A stretch of 64,000 nt of DNA, taken from Candidatus Altimarinota bacterium. Its GTDB lineage: Bacteria > Patescibacteriota > Gracilibacteria > CAIRYL01 > GCA-016699755. Under the pieces are notes generated by a model. That model was given only the letters and a program-made list of their open reading frames with translations, did no database searches and was not told where the DNA came from. Positions within the stretch are counted from its first letter, which is position 1. Each line of letters opens with the position of its first letter. Made by a program: the position numbers and the translations under genes. The DNA is taken from positions 768,001 through 832,000 of the forward strand of contig OY760935.1 of NCBI GenBank assembly GCA_963664295.1, written 5' to 3'. Positions 37,201-45,801 of the stretch are shown here, piece by piece.

Positions 37201-39366
37201 TTTACCGCTAACAGGTTTGGCATTTATCTTAGGATTCATTCTTGGAAAATCTTTTACCAAAGAGAAAAAATCTTGGTAATAAACCCTAAGGTCATTAGCG
37301 TTTGTTTCATTAGGGTCAGATGCCCAATTACCCAAAGCCTCAACTAAATATCCATAAGATTCAATCATCTCGTTTGTATGAGGAATAATGCTATAAAGTT
37401 GATCTAATTTTGTTTTAAATCTTGCAATAGTTCGCTCATCATCAGCGTCCATATTTCTATAAAGCGTATTAAGCCTACTTAAAAGATTGTCTACTGACTC
37501 TTGTGTGTAAACAACAATATTATCTCCTGTATAACTTTGTATATCTGTCACCAAACCACCAAACTGATTAGTGTCATCATCATAATCTTCAGGTTCTTCC
37601 ACTGTTTCATTGCCATCCGGGTCAGTCGTAGTCACTGTGCCATCTGCATCAGTCCTAATTATAGTGCCATCTGCTTTTTTAATAACAACTGTGCCATCTG
37701 GATAAGTTGTTGTAATAGTGCCATTAGGTTTTTTTACAATAATTGTTCCATCAGGTTTAGTAGTAGTTATGGTTCCATCAGCCTGTTCCACTGTTAAAGT
37801 TCCATCACTATATCTAGTAATCACAGTACCATTTGCCTTAGTGGTCACCATCTTTCCATTTGGATAAGCGGTAATTTTATCACCAGCTGTGGTCACAAAA
37901 TCAACACTGCCATCTGAATGCGAAGTATAAGTTGTGCCATTAGGTAAAGTAATTGCTGAGCCAGCCGGATTAGTTGTTGTTTGTCCGTCTGCGCTTGTAG
38001 TTGTACTCGTACCATCAGAGTTTGTTCTAATAGTAGTTCCATCGGCCAAAGTCACTGTAATAGTTCCGTCATCATTAACAACAACAGTTCCATCTGGTGT
38101 TCTAACTCCTGATCCATCAGAAATATAAGTACTACCATTTGTGTCTGTAATAGTTGCAGAAGGATTTGATCCATCAGGATTGTAAATAGTAATACTACCA
38201 TTACCATCAGGTATATTAGTTGTTGAAGTGCTACCAGCAGGATTTGTTATTGAAATAGTTCCATTACTAGTAGGCACACTTACAACAGGTGTATCGTCGT
38301 TAGGATTACCAACAACAATATTGCCATCGTCGTCATAAGTGACTACAACAGGTGCTCTATATGTTGCCATTGGATCAAGAGGGTTTACAGTAATACCTGT
38401 TGTAATACCAGCAGGCATAGTGCCATTTTCCATGGCCTCCAAAGTAGCAGGGGTAAGCACCCATTCCCATTCAGCAGGAACAGTCCCTTCTGGCATTGCT
38501 AATAATTCTGCTAATGTAATTCCCCAAACCCATTCTGAAGGTTCAGTTCCCGCAGGCATATTTTCAAGAGTTTCTGCAGTAAGGGTCCATTCCCATTCAG
38601 CAGGAACAGTCCCTTCTGGCATTGCTAATAATTCTGCTAATGTAATTCCCCAAACCCATTCTGAAGGCAAAGGTGCTACATCCATATCGGCAAGCCCGGT
38701 AAGTCCCTGCCAAACATAAGTAGGCATAACCCCTAAAGGATCAGGATTAAGATCTGCAATATCTCCTCCTTTTGGAAGGCGAGCAGTATACATATCATCA
38801 AGAGGAAGAGGGTTAACTCCAATATTGCTTGCAGTAGGATCAGGTGCTTGATCCATTGGATCAAGAGGATCTTGCTCAGGCGAATCACCCTCAATAACAG
38901 GAAGTGGCTCACTTTCATTAGCTCCATCACCCGCTCCAATAACCCAATTAACAACTGTGTAAGAAAGTAATATTAAAATAATACCCAACAAGGCATACAT
39001 AACGCCTTTTTTTCCTTTTCCAAACTGTTCTTCATTACCACCAGAAGTCACCCATAAAACACCAGAATAAATCAAAGCTGCCGTGGCAACCAAACCAGTA
39101 AAAGTTAAAAAATAATTGATAATCTTAATCACAACCTCGCGAAAAGTAAGATCCGGATTAAACTCCTCAGGAATATCACCTTCCGGAGCACTAAAACAAG
39201 GAATTTCATCAATCAAATTGCCTTCATCATCGTAAACTGGCCCACATTCACTACCAGGTAAATCACCGCTACCAATAGCCAAAGCATTGTCAGAAAAAAT
39301 CCCAACAATGCCTACAAAAATAGTAAAAATAAATGCGCCAATAATTATTTTTCTGAATATTTTCAT
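34261..39366 (-). CDS. Giant surface protein: pilin-like N-terminal domain, Thr-rich DG-turn repeats, multiple PKD domains, C-terminal Ig-like domain
   Basis: 1701 aa; LIYSGVLWVTSGGNEEQFGKGKKGVMYALLGIILILLSY pilin-like motif; many WDFDxDG repeats. Confidence 0.85.
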   Translation of the reverse strand: MKIFRKIIIGAFIFTIFVGIVGIFSDNALAIGSGDLPGSECGPVYDDEGNLIDEIPCFSAPEGDIPEEFNPDLTFREVVIKIINYFLTFTGLVATAALIYSGVLWVTSGGNEEQFGKGKKGVMYALLGIILILLSYTVVNWVIGAGDGANESEPLPVIEGDSPEQDPLDPMDQAPDPTASNIGVNPLPLDDMYTARLPKGGDIADLNPDPLGVMPTYVWQGLTGLADMDVAPLPSEWVWGITLAELLAMPEGTVPAEWEWTLTAETLENMPAGTEPSEWVWGITLAELLAMPEGTVPAEWEWVLTPATLEAMENGTMPAGITTGITVNPLDPMATYRAPVVVTYDDDGNIVVGNPNDDTPVVSVPTSNGTISITNPAGSTSTTNIPDGNGSITIYNPDGSNPSATITDTNGSTYISDGSGVRTPDGTVVVNDDGTITVTLADGTTIRTNSDGTSTTTSADGQTTTNPAGSAITLPNGTTYTSHSDGSVDFVTTAGDKITAYPNGKMVTTKANGTVITRYSDGTLTVEQADGTITTTKPDGTIIVKKPNGTITTTYPDGTVVIKKADGTIIRTDADGTVTTTDPDGNETVEEPEDYDDDTNQFGGLVTDIQSYTGDNIVVYTQESVDNLLSRLNTLYRNMDADDERTIARFKTKLDQLYSIIPHTNEMIESYGYLVEALGNWASDPNETNANDLRVYYQDFFSLVKDFPRMNPKINAKPVSGKTPLYVFLDGSASSDPNNITIPDANYHWTYIDNSGQTVDLGSGPTKEILFENPGSYVVNLIVETLDIENGAKTAMDELAYKTIRVLPASTNVQFNINGEDPGNIYQITRQEATEGLSLDPSLSEPAEGRQITDYFWEFGNGSVDERSSSEIVNYSYGDLGQYQLTLTTTDNLGEQDEKSVYVYVKNNVADIDINPTKGTIDSEFKFDASNSKASEGSIKSYLWEIKGPESFESSDKTFTYKFSKVGDYEAKLTVTDIKGESVFSSEKFKVYSQEPYAVFNYSILKDSDPATVRFDASRSSDPDGDRLTYSWDFDNDGIFDIVDTNEMVIFYTFPEAKTYKVRLQIEDPFGQKAAAMSTIKIDSTFKVDFTASTLISYVGEEVIFNAISKDAIGFKWDFDDGITEINTNASQTHVFNQEGKYRVRLTVTSNLDEENSVEKWVHVGRRDSPTAVYDIKKDSVYLMPTDGICYGEPGFEITRSDILTLSAKKSVNVDGERTNLLTNWDFHDGTFLSDSIIKKRFNEITDEDSCIPVTLTVTDNKSKKSDSEVLYFKIKNALPSFDRFEINVPDRRKETPINIPLLAVGAHDPDGHIVQYTWWAERELDPGEKMDLHTTSINSSSITILPRGQANQVNRWNFFVEIKDDNGGVITNEELFGPSQFVDIKNNENLAPVVDFRVDRTSIKMGETITFTGEASDPQGEEIPDSAFTWDFDGDNIFDDTSSGPNVVRRFDIPGEYKVRMKVVHRGLASSKTRTIFVERTSKLPLAAFTYQITGRKVLFNGSNSKLDTSVPDNDLELFWDFDTNTDTDGDGVANNDADSTELDPEYIYPNEGFYQVRLVVKDKTKGEDFVERTLSIQKSGQVVQAESVVSNQAEKSLQIDSINPITTLFLVAPNKTFQTTETMDLLVFVKNADGSPYSGKVDFRVLEGSANIIPDNTRAMNGEAASTIHPLGAGNLLVEVTANNTVSGDLSETILLIVE
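38461..38667. repeat. Intragenic 81-bp direct repeat with 126-bp period
   Basis: 38461-38541 equals 38587-38667; encodes PSEWVWGITLAELLAMPEGTVPAEWEW twice. Confidence 0.9.
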
Positions 39367-39896
39367 ACAGAAGCATTAATAAATAGATTTACCAGCACAT
39401 AAGACATTAAAATCACAATAATACCAATAGCTGTATAAATCATAATTTTCTTTCCTTTTTCAGCATTTTCTTCATTAGTAAATGAAGTTAAATACATAGC
39501 TCCAGCCCACAAAAAAGCAATAAAAGCTATAATGCCTGCTAAAATCAAAAAGAATTTAACCCAAGCCAGAACAACAACCGAAAAACTTGGATTATTGATA
39601 ATTCCCGTACCTGGGATCATTGTTTCCAAAACCTTAAGACCCCAATCCATTCCTCCACCAATAAAAACTGGTAAATCATAACAACCAGTTGCGGGATTTG
39701 GACAACCAATTCCTTCAAAACAGCCAGTTGCCGGATCAGGACAGCCAATAGCATCATAACAACCTTTATCATCAGGACAACCAATTCCTTCGATACAACT
39801 ATTTCCATCAACACAACCTCGAGCAACTGCTAATGCAGAACTTGTCTTGATTAAAAATAGAAATAAAAAGTAATATATTTTTCTGACTAATTTCAT
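39363..39896 (-). CDS. TrbC/VirB2-like pilin with Cys-rich repeat region
   Basis: Signal peptide, GC-x-x-x-IGCP repeats, then FLWAGAMYLTSFTNEENAEKGKKIMIYTAIGIIVILMSY. Confidence 0.8.
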   Translation of the reverse strand: MKLVRKIYYFLFLFLIKTSSALAVARGCVDGNSCIEGIGCPDDKGCYDAIGCPDPATGCFEGIGCPNPATGCYDLPVFIGGGMDWGLKVLETMIPGTGIINNPSFSVVVLAWVKFFLILAGIIAFIAFLWAGAMYLTSFTNEENAEKGKKIMIYTAIGIIVILMSYVLVNLFINASV

Positions 39897-40010
39897 TTTT
39901 GTTTTTATTTATTCATATTATTGTACCTTTTTTTAACAAAAAATACAAGGTTTAACTAATAAAAAACCATAAATCTCGACATTTTTTTGAAAAAAAGACA
40001 GAATATTTTT

Positions 40011-41174
40011 ATGAAAAAAATTTTAATTATTCTAGCAGGCGGAAAAGGAGAAAGATTTAAGCAAGACAAAACAATGGTTGAACTGCAAAAAAAACCTCTT
40101 ATTACCTGGTCATTAGAGACTTTTTATAAATCAAGAGAAATAGACGAATTTTATGTAATAAGTAATAAAAAAAATCATAATAAAATTAAAAAAATAGTGC
40201 CTAATTTTGTAAAAATATACGCATTAGCAGGAAAAACCCGCGCAGAAAGTGCAAAAAATGCAATAAAAAAAATAAAACCTAAAAAAAACGATTTATTAAT
40301 TATTCATAATGTAGCCAATCCACTGGTCAGCGTAAAAGAAATCAAAAATTGCCTAAAACAAGCCAAAAAATACGGTGCTTGCGGAGTAGCCCATCAAACC
40401 ACAAACACAATTCGCAACAAAAACGGCATAATTCCAAGAAAAAATTTACACCTAATGGAAACACCACAAGCAATAAAAGCAAATATTTATCTTGAAGGAC
40501 TAAAAAAAATCAAAAAAACCGAAGAAATAACTGATGATTTAATGATTGCGGAAAAAACAGGGGTAAAAATCAAAATAATTCCTGCAGATATCAATAATAA
40601 AAAAATAACTTTCCCTGAAGACTTAGAAAAAATGGAATTTTTATTACAAAAAAAAGAAAAAAAAACATTTAAAAATTTATTTAATTTTTTACCAAGCACA
40701 AAAAACATAAAAATCGGCATAGGACATGATTCTCATCAATTCGACAAAACAGGAATATGTGTATTAGGTGGAATAAAATTCAAAGAGTGCAAAAAATTAA
40801 AAGGAAATTCTGATGGCGATGCTTGTTTTCATGCACTAACAAACGCAATTCTCTCTGCAATAGGACACGGATCACTTTCACTTTTTTCTGATGAAATGTG
40901 CAAAAAAGGCATAAAAAATTCCCAGAAATATTTGGAAAGAGCATTAAAAATGCTCAAAAAAGAAAAATATAAAATTAAAAATATTTCCCTTTCTTTTGAG
41001 TGCTTAAAGCCAAAACTAGAAAAAAAATTTCCGGAAATGAAGAAAAAAATCAGTAAAATATTAAATATTAAAGAAAAAAATATTGGACTAACGGCAACAA
41101 GTGGAGAAAAATTAACAAATTTTGGACAAGGAAAGGGAGTACAAGTTTTTGCCACTGTTCTAATTCAAAAATGA
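40011..41174 (+). CDS. ispDF: Bifunctional IspD/IspF (MEP pathway)
   Basis: LAGGKGERF, ETPQ, TDD, NKKITFPEDL (IspD); IGIGHDSH, SDGD, HAL, ATSGE (IspF); ATG at 40011. Confidence 0.9.
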   Translation: MKKILIILAGGKGERFKQDKTMVELQKKPLITWSLETFYKSREIDEFYVISNKKNHNKIKKIVPNFVKIYALAGKTRAESAKNAIKKIKPKKNDLLIIHNVANPLVSVKEIKNCLKQAKKYGACGVAHQTTNTIRNKNGIIPRKNLHLMETPQAIKANIYLEGLKKIKKTEEITDDLMIAEKTGVKIKIIPADINNKKITFPEDLEKMEFLLQKKEKKTFKNLFNFLPSTKNIKIGIGHDSHQFDKTGICVLGGIKFKECKKLKGNSDGDACFHALTNAILSAIGHGSLSLFSDEMCKKGIKNSQKYLERALKMLKKEKYKIKNISLSFECLKPKLEKKFPEMKKKISKILNIKEKNIGLTATSGEKLTNFGQGKGVQVFATVLIQK

Positions 41175-41980
41175 AAGAAATAAAAATTCTCTCACCGGCA
41201 AAAATAAATCTAAATTTAAAAGTAGGTAAACTCCAAAAAAATAATCTCCATAAAATAGAAACAATAATGCAAACAATTTCACTATATGATGAAATTACAA
41301 TTAAAAATTTAGGTTTAATAAAAGGGCAACAAAAAATATCAATAAAAATCGCTGGCAAGCAAAAAAAAGGAGTGCCCTCAAATGCAGAAAACACTGTTTA
41401 TAAAGCTGCAAAATTATTTTTCAAAGAAAATAAAATAAAAGATAGTGTAAAAATAACAATCAATAAAAATATTCCCTCAAAAGCAGGACTTGGTGGAGCT
41501 TCTTCGAATTCTGCCTACACTCTAAAAGCCCTAGAAAAATTATTTAATTACAAATTAAAAAATCCAACAAAAACAGCTAGTCAAATAGGTAGCGATGTTG
41601 CCTTTTTTCTTCTCGGCGCCCCCTCTGCAATAGCCAAAGGCACAGGAGAAAAAATTAAAAAAATAAAACCAATAAATTTCCATTGCATTATTGCTATGTT
41701 GCCAAATATTTTTATTTCTACAGAATGGGCATACAAAAACCTACCCAAAACAAAAAAATATGAAAATGACTTTGAAAATCTTGCCTATAAATATTTTCCT
41801 GATTTATTGGATCTCAAAAATAAATTCATCAAAAATAAAGCAAAAAAAGCGAACTTAACAGGATCAGGGTCAGCAATATTCGCATTATTTAAAAATAAAA
41901 AAACTGCTGAAAATTGTGTACAAAATTTAAAAAATCAATGTTCTTTCATAGATTTAAACAAAACTCTTTTAGAGGATTAA
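41171..41980 (+). CDS. ispE: 4-diphosphocytidyl-2-C-methyl-D-erythritol kinase
   Basis: PAKINLNL, KNIPSKAGLGGASSN, GSDVAFF, ENDFE, LTGSGS. Confidence 0.93.
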   Translation: MKEIKILSPAKINLNLKVGKLQKNNLHKIETIMQTISLYDEITIKNLGLIKGQQKISIKIAGKQKKGVPSNAENTVYKAAKLFFKENKIKDSVKITINKNIPSKAGLGGASSNSAYTLKALEKLFNYKLKNPTKTASQIGSDVAFFLLGAPSAIAKGTGEKIKKIKPINFHCIIAMLPNIFISTEWAYKNLPKTKKYENDFENLAYKYFPDLLDLKNKFIKNKAKKANLTGSGSAIFALFKNKKTAENCVQNLKNQCSFIDLNKTLLED

Positions 41981-42015
41981 AAATATATGTAAAATAAAAA
42001 AGATTTTTTAAAAAT

Positions 42016-42678
42016 ATGCTTGGTTTTATAAAAATATTTCTGCCGGCAATTTTAATAACATTCAATACAATGCCAACAGAAGGCGATCCTATTGGAACAG
42101 AAGAAGTAATCGCAGAAGAAACAACCGAAGAAGTAGCTACTGAAGAGGGAACTATTGAAGCAGAAATTGCAATTCCAGAAAAGCCTGAAGAAATTGAAAA
42201 AATACCTGATGAGGAAAAAATTCTTATAGAAGTTTTTTCTGATTTTGAATGCACACACTGCAAAGAGCACGCTCAAATAATTCAAAAACTACGCGAACGA
42301 AATGATTTAAAAATAATTTTTTATAATCTCCCACTTTCTTATCATGAACTAGCAACAGAAGCCTCAAAGGCAGATATTTGTGCTCGCCAACAGGAAAAAG
42401 AATGGGAAATGAATAATTTAATTTTTGAAAATCAAAATAATTTAAATCGTGAGGCTTATCTTGAGTACGCAAAAACATTAGAATTAAACATAGACACTTT
42501 TTCTAGCTGTCTCGATTCAGAAGAAACAATAAAACAACTCGAAGAAGAAATAAAAAAAGGTAAAGAAAAAAAATTAAAAGGCATTCCAACAACAATAATC
42601 AATGGAGAAAAAATACTCGGAAATATTCCAATAGAAAACCTTGAAAAAATAATCAGAAAACATCAAAATAATTCTTGA
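42016..42678 (+). CDS. DsbA-family thioredoxin-fold protein
   Basis: FSDFECTHC, GIPT cis-Pro loop, N-terminal signal. Confidence 0.88.
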   Translation: MLGFIKIFLPAILITFNTMPTEGDPIGTEEVIAEETTEEVATEEGTIEAEIAIPEKPEEIEKIPDEEKILIEVFSDFECTHCKEHAQIIQKLRERNDLKIIFYNLPLSYHELATEASKADICARQQEKEWEMNNLIFENQNNLNREAYLEYAKTLELNIDTFSSCLDSEETIKQLEEEIKKGKEKKLKGIPTTIINGEKILGNIPIENLEKIIRKHQNNS

Positions 42679-42699
42679 TTTTAAATTTTATAAACAAAA

Positions 42700-43866
42700 A
42701 TGCCTCCAAAAAAGACAAATTCAAAGAAAACTACTGGCAAAAAAACTCCTGCAAAAAAGACTGTTGCAAAAAAAACAGTAACTAAAAAGCCTGCCAAAAA
42801 AAATGTGGCTAAAAAAAGACCAGTAGTTGCAACTACAACTCCGGCTGTAGCAAGCAAAAGCAAAACAACTGTAAGCAAAAAATCTTGCTGTTCATCAGTT
42901 GGCCTAAAAATTGTTTTATTTTTAGCACTTGTATTATTGGGTATTAGCTCAGCTGTAAACATCAACTATTATCAAAAAGAAAATGCTGACAAATCTGCTA
43001 ATACAGACTTTGACAAAGAACAGGAAAGAATTGTTGTTGATGGCAATGTGTGGCAAAATCTTGGTCTTTTAGTAGAGGTAAAAATTGTCACTGACTCAAC
43101 TTGCGAAACTTGCGCTGACCTCACAACAGAGCCTATGAAACAAACTATTCAAGGAGCTTTTCCTTTTGGTGAAGTTGTGGTGATAGATGTTGCAAAAGAA
43201 GAAGCACCAGCTGGCGTAGTTGGCGTACCTACTATCGTTATTGATAACAAGCTTGAAGAAAGTAAAATCTTTCCTCAAATCAAACCATATTTAACAAAAA
43301 TAGAGGGTGGCTATGAAATGCCTCCAGCTAGCCTTAATATCAGGTCAAACACAAAAGTAATTGATAAATCAATTTTACCTAGCGCAGATGGCGAAGAGGG
43401 ATTGGTAATTTTCGAATATTCTGAGTTTGCTTGTCCATATTGCAAAAGATTTGCTACAGAAACTTGGCCTGTGTTGAGTGAAAAATATGGAGATCAAATC
43501 AAATTAGACTTTAGACACTTTATTGTTCACCCTTCCGCAGCGCCAGGATCAGTTGCCTCTGAATGTGCAAGAAAACTTGGTGGCGATGAAAAATTTGAAG
43601 AAATGCATGATGTTTTATTTAGAGATCAAAAATTTGATGAAGAGTCAATTCTTGCTTATGGCGAAGAACTTGGACTAAATACAGAAGAATATACAACTTG
43701 CCTTAATGATCCAGAAATCATGGAACTTGTTAGTAAAACAAGTCAAGAAGCAAAAAGCTTAACCATTGTTGGCACTCCTTCTTTCTTAATCGGTGATACT
43801 ATTTACAGAGGTGCATTACCTGCTGAACAATTTGAAGAAATTATTGATAAAAAATTAAATCAATAA
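42700..43866 (+). CDS. DsbA-family protein with Lys-rich N-terminal tail and two thioredoxin-like domains
   Basis: KKTPAKKTVAKK repeats, TM helix, CETC...GVPT, then YSEFACPYC...GTPSF. Confidence 0.85.
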   Translation: MPPKKTNSKKTTGKKTPAKKTVAKKTVTKKPAKKNVAKKRPVVATTTPAVASKSKTTVSKKSCCSSVGLKIVLFLALVLLGISSAVNINYYQKENADKSANTDFDKEQERIVVDGNVWQNLGLLVEVKIVTDSTCETCADLTTEPMKQTIQGAFPFGEVVVIDVAKEEAPAGVVGVPTIVIDNKLEESKIFPQIKPYLTKIEGGYEMPPASLNIRSNTKVIDKSILPSADGEEGLVIFEYSEFACPYCKRFATETWPVLSEKYGDQIKLDFRHFIVHPSAAPGSVASECARKLGGDEKFEEMHDVLFRDQKFDEESILAYGEELGLNTEEYTTCLNDPEIMELVSKTSQEAKSLTIVGTPSFLIGDTIYRGALPAEQFEEIIDKKLNQ

Positions 43867-43868
43867 AA

Positions 43869-44207
43869 ATGACTGACTGTATTTTTTGCAAAATCATTAA
43901 CGGCGAAATACCATCAAAAAAAGTTTATGAAGATGAACAAGTAGTTGCTATTGAGGATATTAATCCAAAAGCACCAGTGCATATTCTAATTCTTCCAAAG
44001 AAACATATTAGCAGTATTGCTGAGATGGAAAAAGAAGATGAAAACTTAATTGGTCATATGATTTATATAGGCAAAAAAGTCGCCCAAGAAGCAGGACTAA
44101 AAGGCTGGAAAATGTTATTTAATGTTGAAAAAGAAGGTGGACAAATTGTTTTCCATGTCCACCTTCATATTCTTGGTGGTGGCTACGTTAATCTTAAAGA
44201 ATGCTAA
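43869..44207 (+). CDS. Histidine triad nucleotide-binding protein (HinT family)
   Basis: DCIFCKI, DINPKAPVHIL, GQIVFHVHLHILGG. Confidence 0.95.
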   Translation: MTDCIFCKIINGEIPSKKVYEDEQVVAIEDINPKAPVHILILPKKHISSIAEMEKEDENLIGHMIYIGKKVAQEAGLKGWKMLFNVEKEGGQIVFHVHLHILGGGYVNLKEC

Positions 44208-45262
44208 AGGTCACTAATAAATTATTGGAATTTTTAAACAAAAAAGGCTTAGATGCCTTTTTTGTAAATAACCCTGAAAATATTTTTTATTTAACTGGCT
44301 ATTGGAGCAATGAAGCTTGCCTTATTTTTGCTAAAAAAAATATTTATTTATTTGTCAGTCCTTTAGAAATTAAAAATTGTGAAAAATTAAAAAAGAATTT
44401 AGAGATAATTGAATTTAATTCAAAAAATTTCCAAATAATAATAAAGAAAGAAAAAATTAAAACCCTAGCTTATAAAAAAAACCATTTAACTGTTAGTAAT
44501 TTTGAAAAATTACAAAAAATCACAGACAAAAAAATCAAATTAAAAGGACTTGAAAATGTTTTTACCCCCCTGCGCACCCAAAAAACTGAACAAGAAATTA
44601 AAAAACTAAAAAAATCCTCACAATTAGCTGACAAAGTCTTAGAAAAAACAATCCCCTTAATAAAAATAGGTGTAAGTGAAAAAAAATTAGCCTGGAAAAT
44701 TGAAAAAATAGGACGAGAATTAGGAGCTAAAAAAACCAGCTTTGATTTAATAGTTGCTTTTGATAAAAACACAGCCACACCACACCACCAAGCAAGCACT
44801 AAAAAACTTACAAAAAATACTCCTATCCTGTTTGATATTGGATTTTCTTTAGATAATTATTGTTCTGATATAACTCGATGTTTTTATTTTGGTGCTCCAA
44901 ACGAGCAATGGATAAACACATATAAACTTGTTCAAAAAGCACAAAAGGAAAGTAAAAAAATAATAAAAAACAATCTCCCATGCACAGAGGCACACAAAAA
45001 AGCAGTAGAAATTTTTGATAAACAAAAAAAATATTTCACCCACTCTCTTGGGCACGGAATTGGCATAGAGGTGCATGAACTTCCACGCATATCAGATAAA
45101 TCAGAGGATATTTTTAAAAATAATATGACCTTTACTGTTGAGCCCGGTCTTTATTTTGAAAATAATTTTGGCATACGCATTGAAGACACCTGCCTTTTGC
45201 AAGATAAACTCATTACCTTAAATAAATTCACAAAAAAAATTGATGATGTAGTTTTAAATTAA
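44201..45262 (+). CDS. Xaa-Pro aminopeptidase (M24B)
   Basis: DIG...YCSDITR, HSLGHGIGIEVHE, TVEPG, GIRIED. Confidence 0.93.
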   Translation: MLKVTNKLLEFLNKKGLDAFFVNNPENIFYLTGYWSNEACLIFAKKNIYLFVSPLEIKNCEKLKKNLEIIEFNSKNFQIIIKKEKIKTLAYKKNHLTVSNFEKLQKITDKKIKLKGLENVFTPLRTQKTEQEIKKLKKSSQLADKVLEKTIPLIKIGVSEKKLAWKIEKIGRELGAKKTSFDLIVAFDKNTATPHHQASTKKLTKNTPILFDIGFSLDNYCSDITRCFYFGAPNEQWINTYKLVQKAQKESKKIIKNNLPCTEAHKKAVEIFDKQKKYFTHSLGHGIGIEVHELPRISDKSEDIFKNNMTFTVEPGLYFENNFGIRIEDTCLLQDKLITLNKFTKKIDDVVLN

Positions 45263-45801
45263 AACCTACCAACCACAGTAATATTTCTTAAATTTGTTTT
45301 ATCTCTTCGCCAACTTGCCAAAGATGTATCAAAAAAAGTATTTCGATCATCAATAATTACTTGGGGAAGTACATTTTTTATTGCACCTTGAAAATCAAAA
45401 ACAATTTTTTCTTCTTCATAAGTAAGAAATTGTTCACCAAATTTATTTTTAATTTGAAAAAAACAATCATCTTTTTGAATTTCAAACGAATGCATAAAAG
45501 GAGCAATAAAAATTTTTGGTTCTTCAAAAAATACCAACATTTTTTCAATAATCCCACCACAAAACCCTCTCCAACCAGCATGCACAATGCCAAATTTATC
45601 ACCTTCGACAAAAACAACAGGAGCACAATCTGCTGTTTTGATGCCTAATAAAAATTTTCCTGTAGTATAAATACCATCACAATCGCTCAAGTCTTCATTA
45701 CTTGTTTTTATTTCTCTAATGTTTATCCCGTGTGTTTGGGTTGGCAAAATAACCCCTTCTGGCAATTTTTCATTAGGTAAAAATGTCTTTATTTTGATCA
45801 T
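45259..45801 (-). CDS. YfiH/PgeF (laccase-domain) family protein
   Basis: QTHG, CDG, KTADCAPV, VHAGWRG. Confidence 0.9.
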   Translation of the reverse strand: MIKIKTFLPNEKLPEGVILPTQTHGINIREIKTSNEDLSDCDGIYTTGKFLLGIKTADCAPVVFVEGDKFGIVHAGWRGFCGGIIEKMLVFFEEPKIFIAPFMHSFEIQKDDCFFQIKNKFGEQFLTYEEEKIVFDFQGAIKNVLPQVIIDDRNTFFDTSLASWRRDKTNLRNITVVGRF

